From positions 192,001-256,000 of the forward strand of contig JAZDCZ010000419.1 of the NCBI GenBank assembly GCA_036679605.1: DNA of 64,000 nt, given 5' to 3'. The notes beneath the pieces are model-generated. The model was not told the origin of the DNA. It saw nothing but the letters and a program-made list of their open reading frames with translations, and did no database searches. This document shows, one piece after another, positions 11,141 through 20,515 of the stretch; within the stretch, counting starts at the first letter, position 1; each line of letters starts with the position of its first letter. A program made the translations under genes and the position numbers. This DNA is from Gemmatimonadota bacterium. GTDB lineage: Bacteria > Gemmatimonadota > Gemmatimonadetes > Gemmatimonadales > GWC2-71-9.

Positions 11141-12151
11141 ATGTTACGGTTACCTGAATTCACCTACTTCGAGCCCGAGACGATCGAGCAGGCATTACAA
11201 ATGAAATCGGATGCGGGACCGAGCGGCATGTACGTAGCCGGCGGGACCGATCTATATCCGAACATGAAAAGAAGGCATCAGGAGCCCCGAACGGTCATCT
11301 CTTTGGGACGGATAGAGGGGTTGCGTCATGTTCGAGAATGGGGAGTAGGGAGTTCGGGAAACGGAAAGCAAAAAACGAAAAGCGCCGTCGGAGCGATGGT
11401 TACGCTCACCGAGCTTGCCTCCAATGCAGTCATCCGAAATAACTACCCAGTAGTAGCCCGGGCGGCGAAGCTGATAAGTACTCCGTTGCTTCGCAACATG
11501 GGAACATTGGGTGGGAACCTGTGTCTCGATACGCGTTGCAACTATTACAATCAGAGTTACGAGTGGCGCAAGGCGATCGACTTCTGTATGAAGAAAGACG
11601 GTGACATCTGTTGGGTGGCGCCCAAGAGCCCGCGATGTTGGGCCGTGCAATCGTCCGACATAGCTCCAATTGCCGTGGCACTCGGCGCGGAATTGTCGCT
11701 CGTCGGACCGAGTGGTGAGCGCGTGGTTTCAGCAGCCAAGTTTTACAAAGACGACGGCATCGAATATCTCACTAAGCGTTCCGACGAGATCTTGACCGAG
11801 ATGCGCCTTCCAACCCCCAATGGCTGGAACGCCACCTATTGGAAATTGAGACGCAGAGGGTCATTTGACTTTCCGGTTTTGGGTGTGGCAGTTTGGATTG
11901 AGTGGCACGGCGACGTGGTGGCGGACGCCCGCATAGTGCTGGGTGCCGTGGCCAGCCATCCGCACGATTTGGCTGCTGCTGCACAACTCATTATTGGCAC
12001 GCGGCTGGAGGATGGTGCCATTGCTGCCGCAGCGGCCGCCGCATTCAAGCCGTCAAAGCCGATGGACAACACCGACTTCGGGTTGGCGTGGCGCAAGGCA
12101 ATGACGCGAAACTATGTAAACGGGGCGTTGAGGGAGTTAAGAGAAAAATAG
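11141..12151 (+). CDS. FAD subunit with [4Fe-4S] insert (HcrB-like)
   Basis: AGGTDL, RNMGTLGGN, C-X15-C-X7-C-X8-C insert. Confidence 0.9.
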   Translation: MLRLPEFTYFEPETIEQALQMKSDAGPSGMYVAGGTDLYPNMKRRHQEPRTVISLGRIEGLRHVREWGVGSSGNGKQKTKSAVGAMVTLTELASNAVIRNNYPVVARAAKLISTPLLRNMGTLGGNLCLDTRCNYYNQSYEWRKAIDFCMKKDGDICWVAPKSPRCWAVQSSDIAPIAVALGAELSLVGPSGERVVSAAKFYKDDGIEYLTKRSDEILTEMRLPTPNGWNATYWKLRRRGSFDFPVLGVAVWIEWHGDVVADARIVLGAVASHPHDLAAAAQLIIGTRLEDGAIAAAAAAAFKPSKPMDNTDFGLAWRKAMTRNYVNGALRELREK

Positions 12152-12160
12152 GAAACCGCC

Positions 12161-12547
12161 GTGTCACAGATCCATCAAGAAATGACCTTTGAGGCCACAC
12201 CCGGTCGAGTTTATCGGGCTCTGACAGACTCCCGTGAGTTCGCAACATTTACGGGGGTCGATGCCGAAATTAGCGCTGAAGAAGGCGGTGAGTTTTTGTG
12301 TTTTGGCACATTCGTGCTTGGACGCAACGTGCAGCTCGTCACTGACACACTGATCGTTCAGGCCTGGCGTGTTTTCAACTGGCCAGAGGGAGTTTACTCG
12401 ATCGTTCGCATTGGACTAAGCGCCGAAGGCGGGCAAACGAAACTCGTTCTGGACCAAGATGGGGTTCCTGATGATGCCGTGAAACACGTTGACGGTGGTT
12501 GGGAGCACAAATACTGGGCACCGCTTCGTAAGTACCTCGAGTCCTGA
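12161..12547 (+). CDS. SRPBCC/AHSA1 domain protein
   Basis: ATPGRVYRALTD, IVQAWR, GWEHKYW. Confidence 0.85.
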   Translation: MSQIHQEMTFEATPGRVYRALTDSREFATFTGVDAEISAEEGGEFLCFGTFVLGRNVQLVTDTLIVQAWRVFNWPEGVYSIVRIGLSAEGGQTKLVLDQDGVPDDAVKHVDGGWEHKYWAPLRKYLES

Positions 12548-13071
12548 TGGCCAAACTTACGATAGAACTGAAAAAGAAAACGGACGGCGCAACCTCATTG
12601 AGCTGCAGGCGCTCCGATGGTTCTGTCACGTGGCAAAATTACAAGGGTCAACAAGGCCGGTTTTTTCCACTGCACGACCTCACTCACTATGCCGTGGAGA
12701 CGGTCCTCGACCACCGCCAGGGGTTTTTTGGTCTGGTGGCCGACGGGTGGAACGTCACTGACTTCGGGGAGCCCTCGCCGAGAGGGCCGCTCCCGCCGGA
12801 AGCAATGACTACCGAACTGATCGTCGGCTTCCTGGACACCGAGCGCGCCTCTCGAGAACGATCGGCGGCGGCTGACTTCAACACATATATGGCCACATCC
12901 CATTCCCGGCACCAAATAGATGCTGTGTGCGAACTCAGCGACGATGACCTTGACAAGATTCGGGATGTTCGAAGCAAGTTGTTTGCTCGGTGGGCGGCCC
13001 TCGCCGACGGAGACACGATGAGTCTCGAGTTCTCGCGCGATGATGCACCAGGTTCGAGTGAGAAAGCTTGA
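12547..13071 (+). CDS. Hypothetical protein (HDLTHYAVE motif)
   Basis: Start overlaps previous stop; protein-like composition. Confidence 0.7.
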   Translation: MAKLTIELKKKTDGATSLSCRRSDGSVTWQNYKGQQGRFFPLHDLTHYAVETVLDHRQGFFGLVADGWNVTDFGEPSPRGPLPPEAMTTELIVGFLDTERASRERSAAADFNTYMATSHSRHQIDAVCELSDDDLDKIRDVRSKLFARWAALADGDTMSLEFSRDDAPGSSEKA

Positions 13072-13244
13072 TATCAAGTTTGAAGTGCAACAATGAGGAT
13101 TACGGTTCATAGCATACACAACGAGTACCGTCGCTACAAGCAACTTTGTTGCGGCCTTTTTCGCCGGGCAGTTTATTGGTGGAAGGCTGCGTACCATAAA
13201 AAAATAACACGGCGTTCACAGGGTCACGCTGAGGTGTTGCAAAC

Positions 13245-14168
13245 ATGCGCGTTCTCAAGAACCTTCGAGTTGCAGTCCTAATGGCTGGTGCATCTATGCC
13301 AGCCGGTGCTGCCGACGCACAAACGACCTACGATCTTTATTTCCTAGGCGGTCAGTCGAACATGGACGGCTACGGCTATGTGGCTGACCTGCCCAAGAAT
13401 CTCCGCACAGAAAAAATCGGCGTGATGATCTTCCAAGGCAACCCCGCCCCCGACGACGGTCAGCCGGACGGCAGAGGAATCTGGGCCGCACTGAGGCCAG
13501 GACACGGCGTCGGGTTTTCTTCCGACGGATCGGCCAATACTTACTCGGATCGGTTCGGCGTAGAACTCACTTTTGCACAGCACCTGCGCCAATCGAGGCC
13601 TGGCACCAAGATTGCCCTCATCAAGTACTCTCGAGGCGGAACGTCGATCGATACCGCTGCTGCTGGGGAATATGGTTCATGGGAACCCGACTACAGAGAC
13701 TTCCAAGGAATCAACCAATACGATCACTTCCTGGCGACAGTCAGATATGCCATGGCGGTCAAGGACATCAATGGGGACGGGACACCGGATCGACTCGTTC
13801 CCAAGGGGATCGTGTGGATGCAAGGGGAAAGCGACGCGGCCGTTACGGAGGACGTTGCTAGGCGATACCAGCACAACCTCACGCGATTGATTGACCTGAT
13901 CCGGTCCACTCTCCGAGTGGAGGACCTTCCAGTTGTTATCGGTCGGATTTCCGACTCGGGCCGCGACTCAGATGGCAAGATGTGGGACCACGCTGACCTC
14001 GTTCGCGCCGCCCAAGCTAGCTTCGTCGAGCGCGACGGTGCTGCGGCTCTAGTGACCGCAACCGATAACTACGAGTATTCAGATCCTTGGCATTACGACA
14101 GCAAAGGCTACATAGATCTTGGTCGGCGGTTTGCGGATGCGATGATCCGGCTGACCCGAGGGCGTTGA
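13245..14168 (+). CDS. Sialate O-acetylesterase (SASA/SGNH) family, secreted
   Basis: GQSNM, QGESD, DPWH catalytic motifs; signal peptide. Confidence 0.85.
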   Translation: MRVLKNLRVAVLMAGASMPAGAADAQTTYDLYFLGGQSNMDGYGYVADLPKNLRTEKIGVMIFQGNPAPDDGQPDGRGIWAALRPGHGVGFSSDGSANTYSDRFGVELTFAQHLRQSRPGTKIALIKYSRGGTSIDTAAAGEYGSWEPDYRDFQGINQYDHFLATVRYAMAVKDINGDGTPDRLVPKGIVWMQGESDAAVTEDVARRYQHNLTRLIDLIRSTLRVEDLPVVIGRISDSGRDSDGKMWDHADLVRAAQASFVERDGAAALVTATDNYEYSDPWHYDSKGYIDLGRRFADAMIRLTRGR

Positions 14169-14199
14169 TAGCCGGCTGACAGGAACGTTACTTATTCCA

Positions 14200-15417
14200 A
14201 TGGAAACAATCGGTGTCCGAGAGGCTCGCCGCCTTGCCCTGGCACTTGCAGGTCTGCTGAAACCCGAGTGGACCGGGCTTCCTACGAGTGCGAGGGGCTC
14301 GGAACTCAACAAACGCAAAGCAGCTCACCAGGTCATTCGGCACTTTGGGTATCTGCAGCTCGACACTGTTTCGATCGCTGGAGCGCGGAGCCACGCCATA
14401 GTCCTCCTTTCGCGTCTCAAGGGCATTGATCCGTCACTCGTAGAGGATCTGCTCCAGCCGGCTGAGCCATTGTTCGAGTACTGGGCGCACGAGGCGAGTT
14501 GGCTACCGATCGAACTGTATCCGGTATTCGACTTTCGGCGCAAGGCTTTCAAGCATCACCCTTGGTGGGGCGATGTAATCGGTAAGCATCCCAAGGTTGC
14601 TAAGAATCTTCGTCGACGCATTCGTGAAGAGGGACCACTGCGCTCAGTAGACATGGAGGGGCGTGGCAGCCGCGGGTGGTGGGATCTAAAAGCGGCGAAG
14701 CGGGTCGCGAGTGCACTTTGGTGCTCGGGAGAGCTTGCCATTCGAGAACGGCGCAACTTTCAGCGCACGTACGATCTCGCCGAGCGTGTGATTCCAGAAC
14801 ACTGGCTGCGTGGTCGTGTCTCGAAACTGGAGGCACTCGAACGGCTCCTTCTCTTGTCGCTGCAGGGACACGGGTGGGCCACCTCCAGCACTCTTCTCCA
14901 AACTTGGAGACTTCTCAAGAGAGACAAGATCAACACCGCGTTCAACAACCTCATCGATAGAGGGGAGATATTACCCTGTACGCTCATACTCGACGACCGC
15001 AGCAATAAAGCGGGCTGGATACGACCTCAGGATTTGGAATTCGCTGCCCGGTTGCAGCGCGTGCGGCCTCGCTCCGATACAGGAGTTCTTCTCTCTCCCT
15101 TCGACCCGATCCTCTGGGACCGCCGTCGCGTTCAGCAGCTCTTCGACTTTCATCAAGTTTTGGAGATTTTCAAACCGGCCGCGAAGCGTCTTTACGGTTA
15201 CTATTGTCTGCCGGTGCTCGCTGGAGAGCGACTAATCTCTCGCTTTGACCTCAAGGCCGATCGAAAAAGCAAGAAATTGCACGTGCTCTCGCACCGATTC
15301 GAAGAAAAGAACGGTGTGCGTACAGCAACGTCCGAAGATCGCGAAGCAGCGCGAGCCGCCCTCGATCGCTACAGTTCCTCTGTTGGCTTGAAGCCCGTGG
15401 GTTGGAGAGTGAGGTAG
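14200..15417 (+). CDS. YcaQ/AlkZ-family winged-helix DNA crosslink glycosylase
   Basis: LQLDTVSI (QxD), LFEYWAHEA, LLSPFDP, YGYYCLPVL. Confidence 0.85.
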   Translation: METIGVREARRLALALAGLLKPEWTGLPTSARGSELNKRKAAHQVIRHFGYLQLDTVSIAGARSHAIVLLSRLKGIDPSLVEDLLQPAEPLFEYWAHEASWLPIELYPVFDFRRKAFKHHPWWGDVIGKHPKVAKNLRRRIREEGPLRSVDMEGRGSRGWWDLKAAKRVASALWCSGELAIRERRNFQRTYDLAERVIPEHWLRGRVSKLEALERLLLLSLQGHGWATSSTLLQTWRLLKRDKINTAFNNLIDRGEILPCTLILDDRSNKAGWIRPQDLEFAARLQRVRPRSDTGVLLSPFDPILWDRRRVQQLFDFHQVLEIFKPAAKRLYGYYCLPVLAGERLISRFDLKADRKSKKLHVLSHRFEEKNGVRTATSEDREAARAALDRYSSSVGLKPVGWRVR

Positions 15418-15424
15418 CGACCAT

Positions 15425-15913
15425 ATGGTTGAACGCTTTAAACGTTGGCTCGAATATGAGAAGGATTCACACGAGAAGGTCCTGCGATCCCTTCAAACCG
15501 TGCCCGACCACAAACAATCGGAAATACCGTTCCAAAAGGCCGTCGATTTGTTTGCTCATCTGGTGGCTGCCCGACGGCTTTGGTTGTTCCGGCTAGACGT
15601 GTTCGATACGGCCCCCGACGATCTCTTCCCCGCAAACGTGCGACTCGAGTCGCTCGAATCGGCAGTTTCCGGCACACACATGGCCTGGAGTGATTATCTC
15701 GACAGCTTGAGCGAAGCCGAATTGGAACGCGACTTTGAGTACACGAGCTATGAGGGTGATCGATGCCGCAATACCATTGTCGATATCCTAACACAACTAT
15801 TCGGTCACTCGTGGTATCACCGTGGCCAAATTGCATCGCTCTTGAGATCGATGGACTGTGAGCCGGCGATCACCGATTTTGTGTTCTGGAGCCGGCAGAC
15901 TGTGACTGGGTGA
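15425..15913 (+). CDS. DinB-family protein
   Basis: AHLVAA, HSWYHRGQI. Confidence 0.85.
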   Translation: MVERFKRWLEYEKDSHEKVLRSLQTVPDHKQSEIPFQKAVDLFAHLVAARRLWLFRLDVFDTAPDDLFPANVRLESLESAVSGTHMAWSDYLDSLSEAELERDFEYTSYEGDRCRNTIVDILTQLFGHSWYHRGQIASLLRSMDCEPAITDFVFWSRQTVTG

Positions 15914-16722
15914 TGACGACTGTTCGAAGGAAATCGAGACGGCACATCCGGTTGATCCACTGCAACACCGCCGAGGCCGAAGATCGTGCTAGAAAACTGC
16001 GCGGCGCCGGCTACGACGTCACCTATGATGCACTCGAGGCGGGCTTCCTACGCGAACTTCGAGCGTGCCTGCCAAGCGCTGTGATCGTAGACCTCTCGAG
16101 ACTGCCGTCACAAGGACGAGACGTAGCAATTGCAATAAGACACGCTAAGGCCTTGCGACATGTACCTCTTGTATTTGTGGGGGGGCATCCAGACAAGCTA
16201 CCTGCGATAAAGAAACACTTGCCCGACGCAGTCTACACCAATTGGAGCAGCATTCGAACCGCACTCAAGAAAGCCATCGCGAGTCCAATCAGCGATCCCG
16301 TCGTGCCCAAGTCGGGCCTAGCGGGGTATTCAGGTACACCGCTGCCCAAGAAACTGGGTTTCAAGGCCAACTCGGTTGTTGTAATCCTTGGTGCTCCACC
16401 CAACTTCGAAAAAACTCTAGGCGAGCTGCCCTCAGGGGTGACACTGCGCAAACGAGCGAGTAGCAAGCGCGATCTCACGATCTGGTTTGTGAAATCGGGC
16501 ACTCAACTCAGAAAGCGGATCGACCGCCTGGCCGGAGAGGTCCGAGACGGAGGACTTTGGATAGCATGGCCGAAGAAGGCTTCGGGAGTCTCAACTGATC
16601 TATCCGGTAATTCAGTTCGCAAGATAGGACTGGAATCAGGTCTGGTTGATTACAAGATCTGCGCTATCGACGACACCTGGTCGGGTCTCAAGTTTGCGCG
16701 TCGCAAGGCCGACCGTGGCTGA
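15910..16722 (+). CDS. Receiver-like domain fused to DUF3052-like domain
   Basis: PSAVIVDL..G..VPLVFV receiver pattern; GYSGTPLPKKLG, WIAWPKKASG, DDTWSGLKF. Confidence 0.7.
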   Translation: MMTTVRRKSRRHIRLIHCNTAEAEDRARKLRGAGYDVTYDALEAGFLRELRACLPSAVIVDLSRLPSQGRDVAIAIRHAKALRHVPLVFVGGHPDKLPAIKKHLPDAVYTNWSSIRTALKKAIASPISDPVVPKSGLAGYSGTPLPKKLGFKANSVVVILGAPPNFEKTLGELPSGVTLRKRASSKRDLTIWFVKSGTQLRKRIDRLAGEVRDGGLWIAWPKKASGVSTDLSGNSVRKIGLESGLVDYKICAIDDTWSGLKFARRKADRG

Positions 16723-16800
16723 GCGGCAACGCCCATGTCACTTCGGGCGTCTTAGAATACCGGCGCCCCCAAGATCAAAGAGATCTACATCGGAGGAATC

Positions 16801-17325
16801 GTGGAGTATAGCCTAGATGATGCTCTTGCCGTCCTGGAGCGAACGCCAACTGTGATCTCTGCGATGCTCCATGAACTACCTGAGGGCTGGACATCCGGAA
16901 ATGAGGGCGGGGAAAGTTGGAACCCCGTAGAGGTACTCGGTCACCTCATTCATGGCGAACGCGGAGACTGGGTGACTCGGGCGAGGACGATACTCGATAG
17001 CGGTGAGACTGAAACGTTTCATCCTTTCGACCGCTCCGCCCACCTGGAAGAATCGCGAACGACACCTCTGCAAGAACTTCTCGACAAGTTCACCCAACTG
17101 AGGTGCGAGAACATCGAAGAGGTGAAAGGCTGGAGCTTGACGGACGATGATCTCGATCGCCGGGGCAGACATCCGGATTTTGGTCCTGTCACGCTACGGG
17201 AGCTTTTCGCTACGTGGGTCGTACACGACTTGGGACACGTTGCACAAATCGCACGAGTTATGGCGAAGCAATACACGACAGAGGTTGGATCCTGGGCTGC
17301 CTACCTCCCTGTACTCGGCCGGTGA
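16801..17325 (+). CDS. DinB-family protein
   Basis: LGHLIHGE, HPDFG, WVVHDLGHVAQI. Confidence 0.85.
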   Translation: MEYSLDDALAVLERTPTVISAMLHELPEGWTSGNEGGESWNPVEVLGHLIHGERGDWVTRARTILDSGETETFHPFDRSAHLEESRTTPLQELLDKFTQLRCENIEEVKGWSLTDDDLDRRGRHPDFGPVTLRELFATWVVHDLGHVAQIARVMAKQYTTEVGSWAAYLPVLGR

Positions 17326-18566
17326 TGTCAATCTGCCACACCGCTAGAGTCTTAGTCGTCGAACTGCTCAGTGTTGCTCTGATGGCATGCAGCGGCGATC
17401 GCCGCCCGGGAGTGATCGTGACCGACAGTGCAGGCGTGATGATCATCGAAAACCAAGAACCCATGTGGCAAGGCGAAGATTGGCGCATAGGAAACGACCC
17501 CGTACTCGAGATCGGTACCAGAGACAGCCCTTCTCATTATCAGTTTGACCGGATTGAACACGTTCTGCGGCTCGATGACGGCGTCATCGTGGTTGCAGAT
17601 GGTGGCTCCGCGGAACTACGCTTCTTTGACTCGTCCGGACACTTCGTCACCTCCTCGGGTGGACGAGGAAACGCTCCGGGCGAGTACCAGATGATCGAAT
17701 CGATCGGCGCAGGACCGGGTGACTCCATCTGGGTCTACGACTTTGGTGCTCGTCGCTTCACCGTGCTCACCTCCAACGGAATAGTCTCGAGAACGATGAC
17801 CCTCGATGGTACTCTGTCCAACGTCGGAGCGGTCGGACGACTCGACGATGGCAGTTTCGTGGTACGGGAGTATTGGTCAAGTCGCAGACGCGACATGGAA
17901 CTCGTGACCGGCCTTCGTCGCGACCCCGCAGCCATCGCGCGTTACTCTCCCGACGGCCTCACAATCGATACTATCGGACTCTTTCCCGGACGAGAGGTCT
18001 TCATCGGGAGCGAGAATGGCCGTGCAGTGATGAGCGCCCCCTTGTTTGCTCACAGCACCAGCGCGGCGGTAGCCAACAACACAGTGATTATTGGAGATCA
18101 GAACACTTTCCAGATCGGGCTCTACAGCTCCGATGGAGTCCTGACACGCCTAGTTCGCTTGCTCGATATCGATCTGCGCTTGACTGAACAAGACATAGCA
18201 CAGCTGAAGCAACAACGTTTGGCCGCACAGCCACCCGCTACTCGTCCAAGCTTGAGCAACCACATGGACAGAATGGACGTTCCAGCAAACAGACCTGCAT
18301 ACCGGGAGATCGTCGTAGACGAACTAGGCAACCTTTGGGTCGAAGATTACCAACCCGAGCCACGCAAGTCTTCTCGTTGGACAATTGTCGCAAGTGACGG
18401 GCGCTTGCTAGGTACCATCGGAACACCGCCAACATTCAAACTTCTGGAGGTTGGAGACACGTGGGTTCTGGGAGTGGGCTTGGATGAGGTGGATGTCGAG
18501 TACGTTAGACTGTACAAGCTAGACAAGAGCACACTCGACTCCGAGGATCAAGACCAGCTTAGATGA
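17325..18566 (+). CDS. 6-bladed beta-propeller lipoprotein
   Basis: Lipobox LMAC; GGRGNAPGEY; VDELGNLWV; ATG overlaps previous stop. Confidence 0.75.
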   Translation: MSICHTARVLVVELLSVALMACSGDRRPGVIVTDSAGVMIIENQEPMWQGEDWRIGNDPVLEIGTRDSPSHYQFDRIEHVLRLDDGVIVVADGGSAELRFFDSSGHFVTSSGGRGNAPGEYQMIESIGAGPGDSIWVYDFGARRFTVLTSNGIVSRTMTLDGTLSNVGAVGRLDDGSFVVREYWSSRRRDMELVTGLRRDPAAIARYSPDGLTIDTIGLFPGREVFIGSENGRAVMSAPLFAHSTSAAVANNTVIIGDQNTFQIGLYSSDGVLTRLVRLLDIDLRLTEQDIAQLKQQRLAAQPPATRPSLSNHMDRMDVPANRPAYREIVVDELGNLWVEDYQPEPRKSSRWTIVASDGRLLGTIGTPPTFKLLEVGDTWVLGVGLDEVDVEYVRLYKLDKSTLDSEDQDQLR

Positions 18567-18633
18567 CACAAGCCGAGCAATTCTGCTGGAAAGACTGGAC
18601 TCCCGATCGCTGACATGGACGGAACCTGACAAA

Positions 18634-19911
18634 TTGAACCCCCAGGAAAGTGAGATCAGATCGCAGCAGGTTGGCAAGTTCGCGGCAATGATGAAAGTCG
18701 TTCTTGAACAGAATCAATTCTATCAGAACAAAATGAGCGCGGCGGGGTTCAGCAGCGGACAGATTCCGACCCTGGACTGCATCAGCGACATCCCGTACAC
18801 GACGAAGCAAGACCTTGTTACGGATCAGGCGATCACGCCGCCGTTCGGCACGAACTTCACGTTCCCCATAGGTCAATACACGAGGATACATCAGACCTCC
18901 GGAACAACCGGTCGACCTATCTACTGGCTGGACACGCCCGACAGCTGGGACTGGTGGCTCAGATGTTGGATGGAGGTCTATGACGCCGCCGGTGTCACAC
19001 CCGAAGATAGAATCTTCCTTGCGTTCTCGTTCGGCCCCTTCATTGGATTCTGGAGCGCCTTTGGCGCGGGTCAGAAAATCGGGGCTCTAATGATCTCGGG
19101 AGGTGGCCTGAGTTCCAAACAGCGCTTGGAAACCATGCATGAACTACAGGCGACCGTGTTGGTATGCACTCCCACTTACGCACTAAGACTCGCTGAGATC
19201 GCGCGCGACGACGGACTGTCGCTCGAAGACATTCCAATCCGGATTTCCATCCATGCTGGTGAGCCCGGCGCCAGCATTCCCAACGTCAAGGCTCGGATCG
19301 AATCCGCTTGGAGTGCTCCTTGCTTGGATCATGCCGGATCCACCGAGGTGGGTGCTTGGGGATACGGCTGTGGAATTGATAATCGCATGCACATCAACGA
19401 GCATGAGTTTTTTGTTGAAGTCATCGATCCTGAGACCCTCGGCTCGGCAACGGTGACCGACGGCGGAATCCAACGTGGTGAACTAGTTCTCACCAATCTC
19501 GGTAGAATCGGTAGCCCGCTCATCCGCTATCGCACCGGAGACTTGGTGGAAATGGTAAGGGATTCGTGCGAATGCGATCGCCATACTGCTTACTTGTTGG
19601 GAGCAGTACTTGGACGCGTCGACTCAATGATAATAGTCCGCGGTATCAACATTTTTCCAAGTGCGCTCGAGAACATCATTCGCGAATTCGAGGAAATTGT
19701 CGAGTTCGAGGTAGCGATTCAAGAGAAACTACAGATGGCCGACCTCTTGATTAAGGTTGAAATTTCTGCGCACGATCCACAGCAAATTGTCACAGCGCTT
19801 GCCGGCCGAGTCCACCAGAGACTAAATCTAAAGCCGAACGTCAAACTTGTGGACCCAATGAGTCTGCCGCGATACGAACTCAAGTCGCGGCGGTTCAGAA
19901 TCGATTACTAG
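18634..19911 (+). CDS. Phenylacetate-CoA ligase family (PaaK-like)
   Basis: TSGTTGRP, CTPTYA, AGEPG, IRYRTGD, GRVDSMIIVRGINIFPS. Confidence 0.9.
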   Translation: MNPQESEIRSQQVGKFAAMMKVVLEQNQFYQNKMSAAGFSSGQIPTLDCISDIPYTTKQDLVTDQAITPPFGTNFTFPIGQYTRIHQTSGTTGRPIYWLDTPDSWDWWLRCWMEVYDAAGVTPEDRIFLAFSFGPFIGFWSAFGAGQKIGALMISGGGLSSKQRLETMHELQATVLVCTPTYALRLAEIARDDGLSLEDIPIRISIHAGEPGASIPNVKARIESAWSAPCLDHAGSTEVGAWGYGCGIDNRMHINEHEFFVEVIDPETLGSATVTDGGIQRGELVLTNLGRIGSPLIRYRTGDLVEMVRDSCECDRHTAYLLGAVLGRVDSMIIVRGINIFPSALENIIREFEEIVEFEVAIQEKLQMADLLIKVEISAHDPQQIVTALAGRVHQRLNLKPNVKLVDPMSLPRYELKSRRFRIDY

Positions 19912-19921
19912 GAGCACCCAG

Positions 19922-20470
19922 ATGCCCTTTCTCAAATCGCTCCCGGAAGACGGAGTTCTGCTCGACGTCTTCAAGAGTTTTCCAACTACAGCCTTGCCGC
20001 TAATACAATTCCACGAAGCATTGATGCGCGGACCATCGCAATTCTCCGTCGCTGAGCGGGAGTTGATAGCAGCGTATGTTTCAGGCCTGAATGCCTGCGA
20101 CTACTGTCACGGAGTTCATACAGCTACAGCCGAAGCATTTGGAATCACAGAGGGTATCTTGTCAGATCTATTGAGTGATCTCGAATCCGCAGACATTGAC
20201 CAGAAGCTCAAACCGGTGCTCCGATACGCAGAGAAGCTTACAAAGACTCCGAGCCGCGTTACACAGGATGATGCCGATGCTGTGGTCGCCGCCGGTTGGA
20301 GCGATCAAGCTCTGTACGAAGCAGTGTCGGTATGCGCATTATTCAATTTCATGAATCGACTGGTCGACGGACTCGGCATCAAGGCCGAGTCTGACTATTT
20401 CAAATTCGCTGCACAGCGACTTTCGGAGGGTGGATACGCAGCACTGGAGAAGCTCATCGAGAGTCAGTGA
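19922..20470 (+). CDS. AhpD/CMD-family peroxidase-related enzyme
   Basis: ERELIAAYVSGLNACDYCHGVH; FNFMNRLVDGLG. Confidence 0.85.
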   Translation: MPFLKSLPEDGVLLDVFKSFPTTALPLIQFHEALMRGPSQFSVAERELIAAYVSGLNACDYCHGVHTATAEAFGITEGILSDLLSDLESADIDQKLKPVLRYAEKLTKTPSRVTQDDADAVVAAGWSDQALYEAVSVCALFNFMNRLVDGLGIKAESDYFKFAAQRLSEGGYAALEKLIESQ

Positions 20471-20515
20471 CGGAGTGAGTAGCACCAAACCATACGGGAA
20501 TCTGGGAGACAGACC

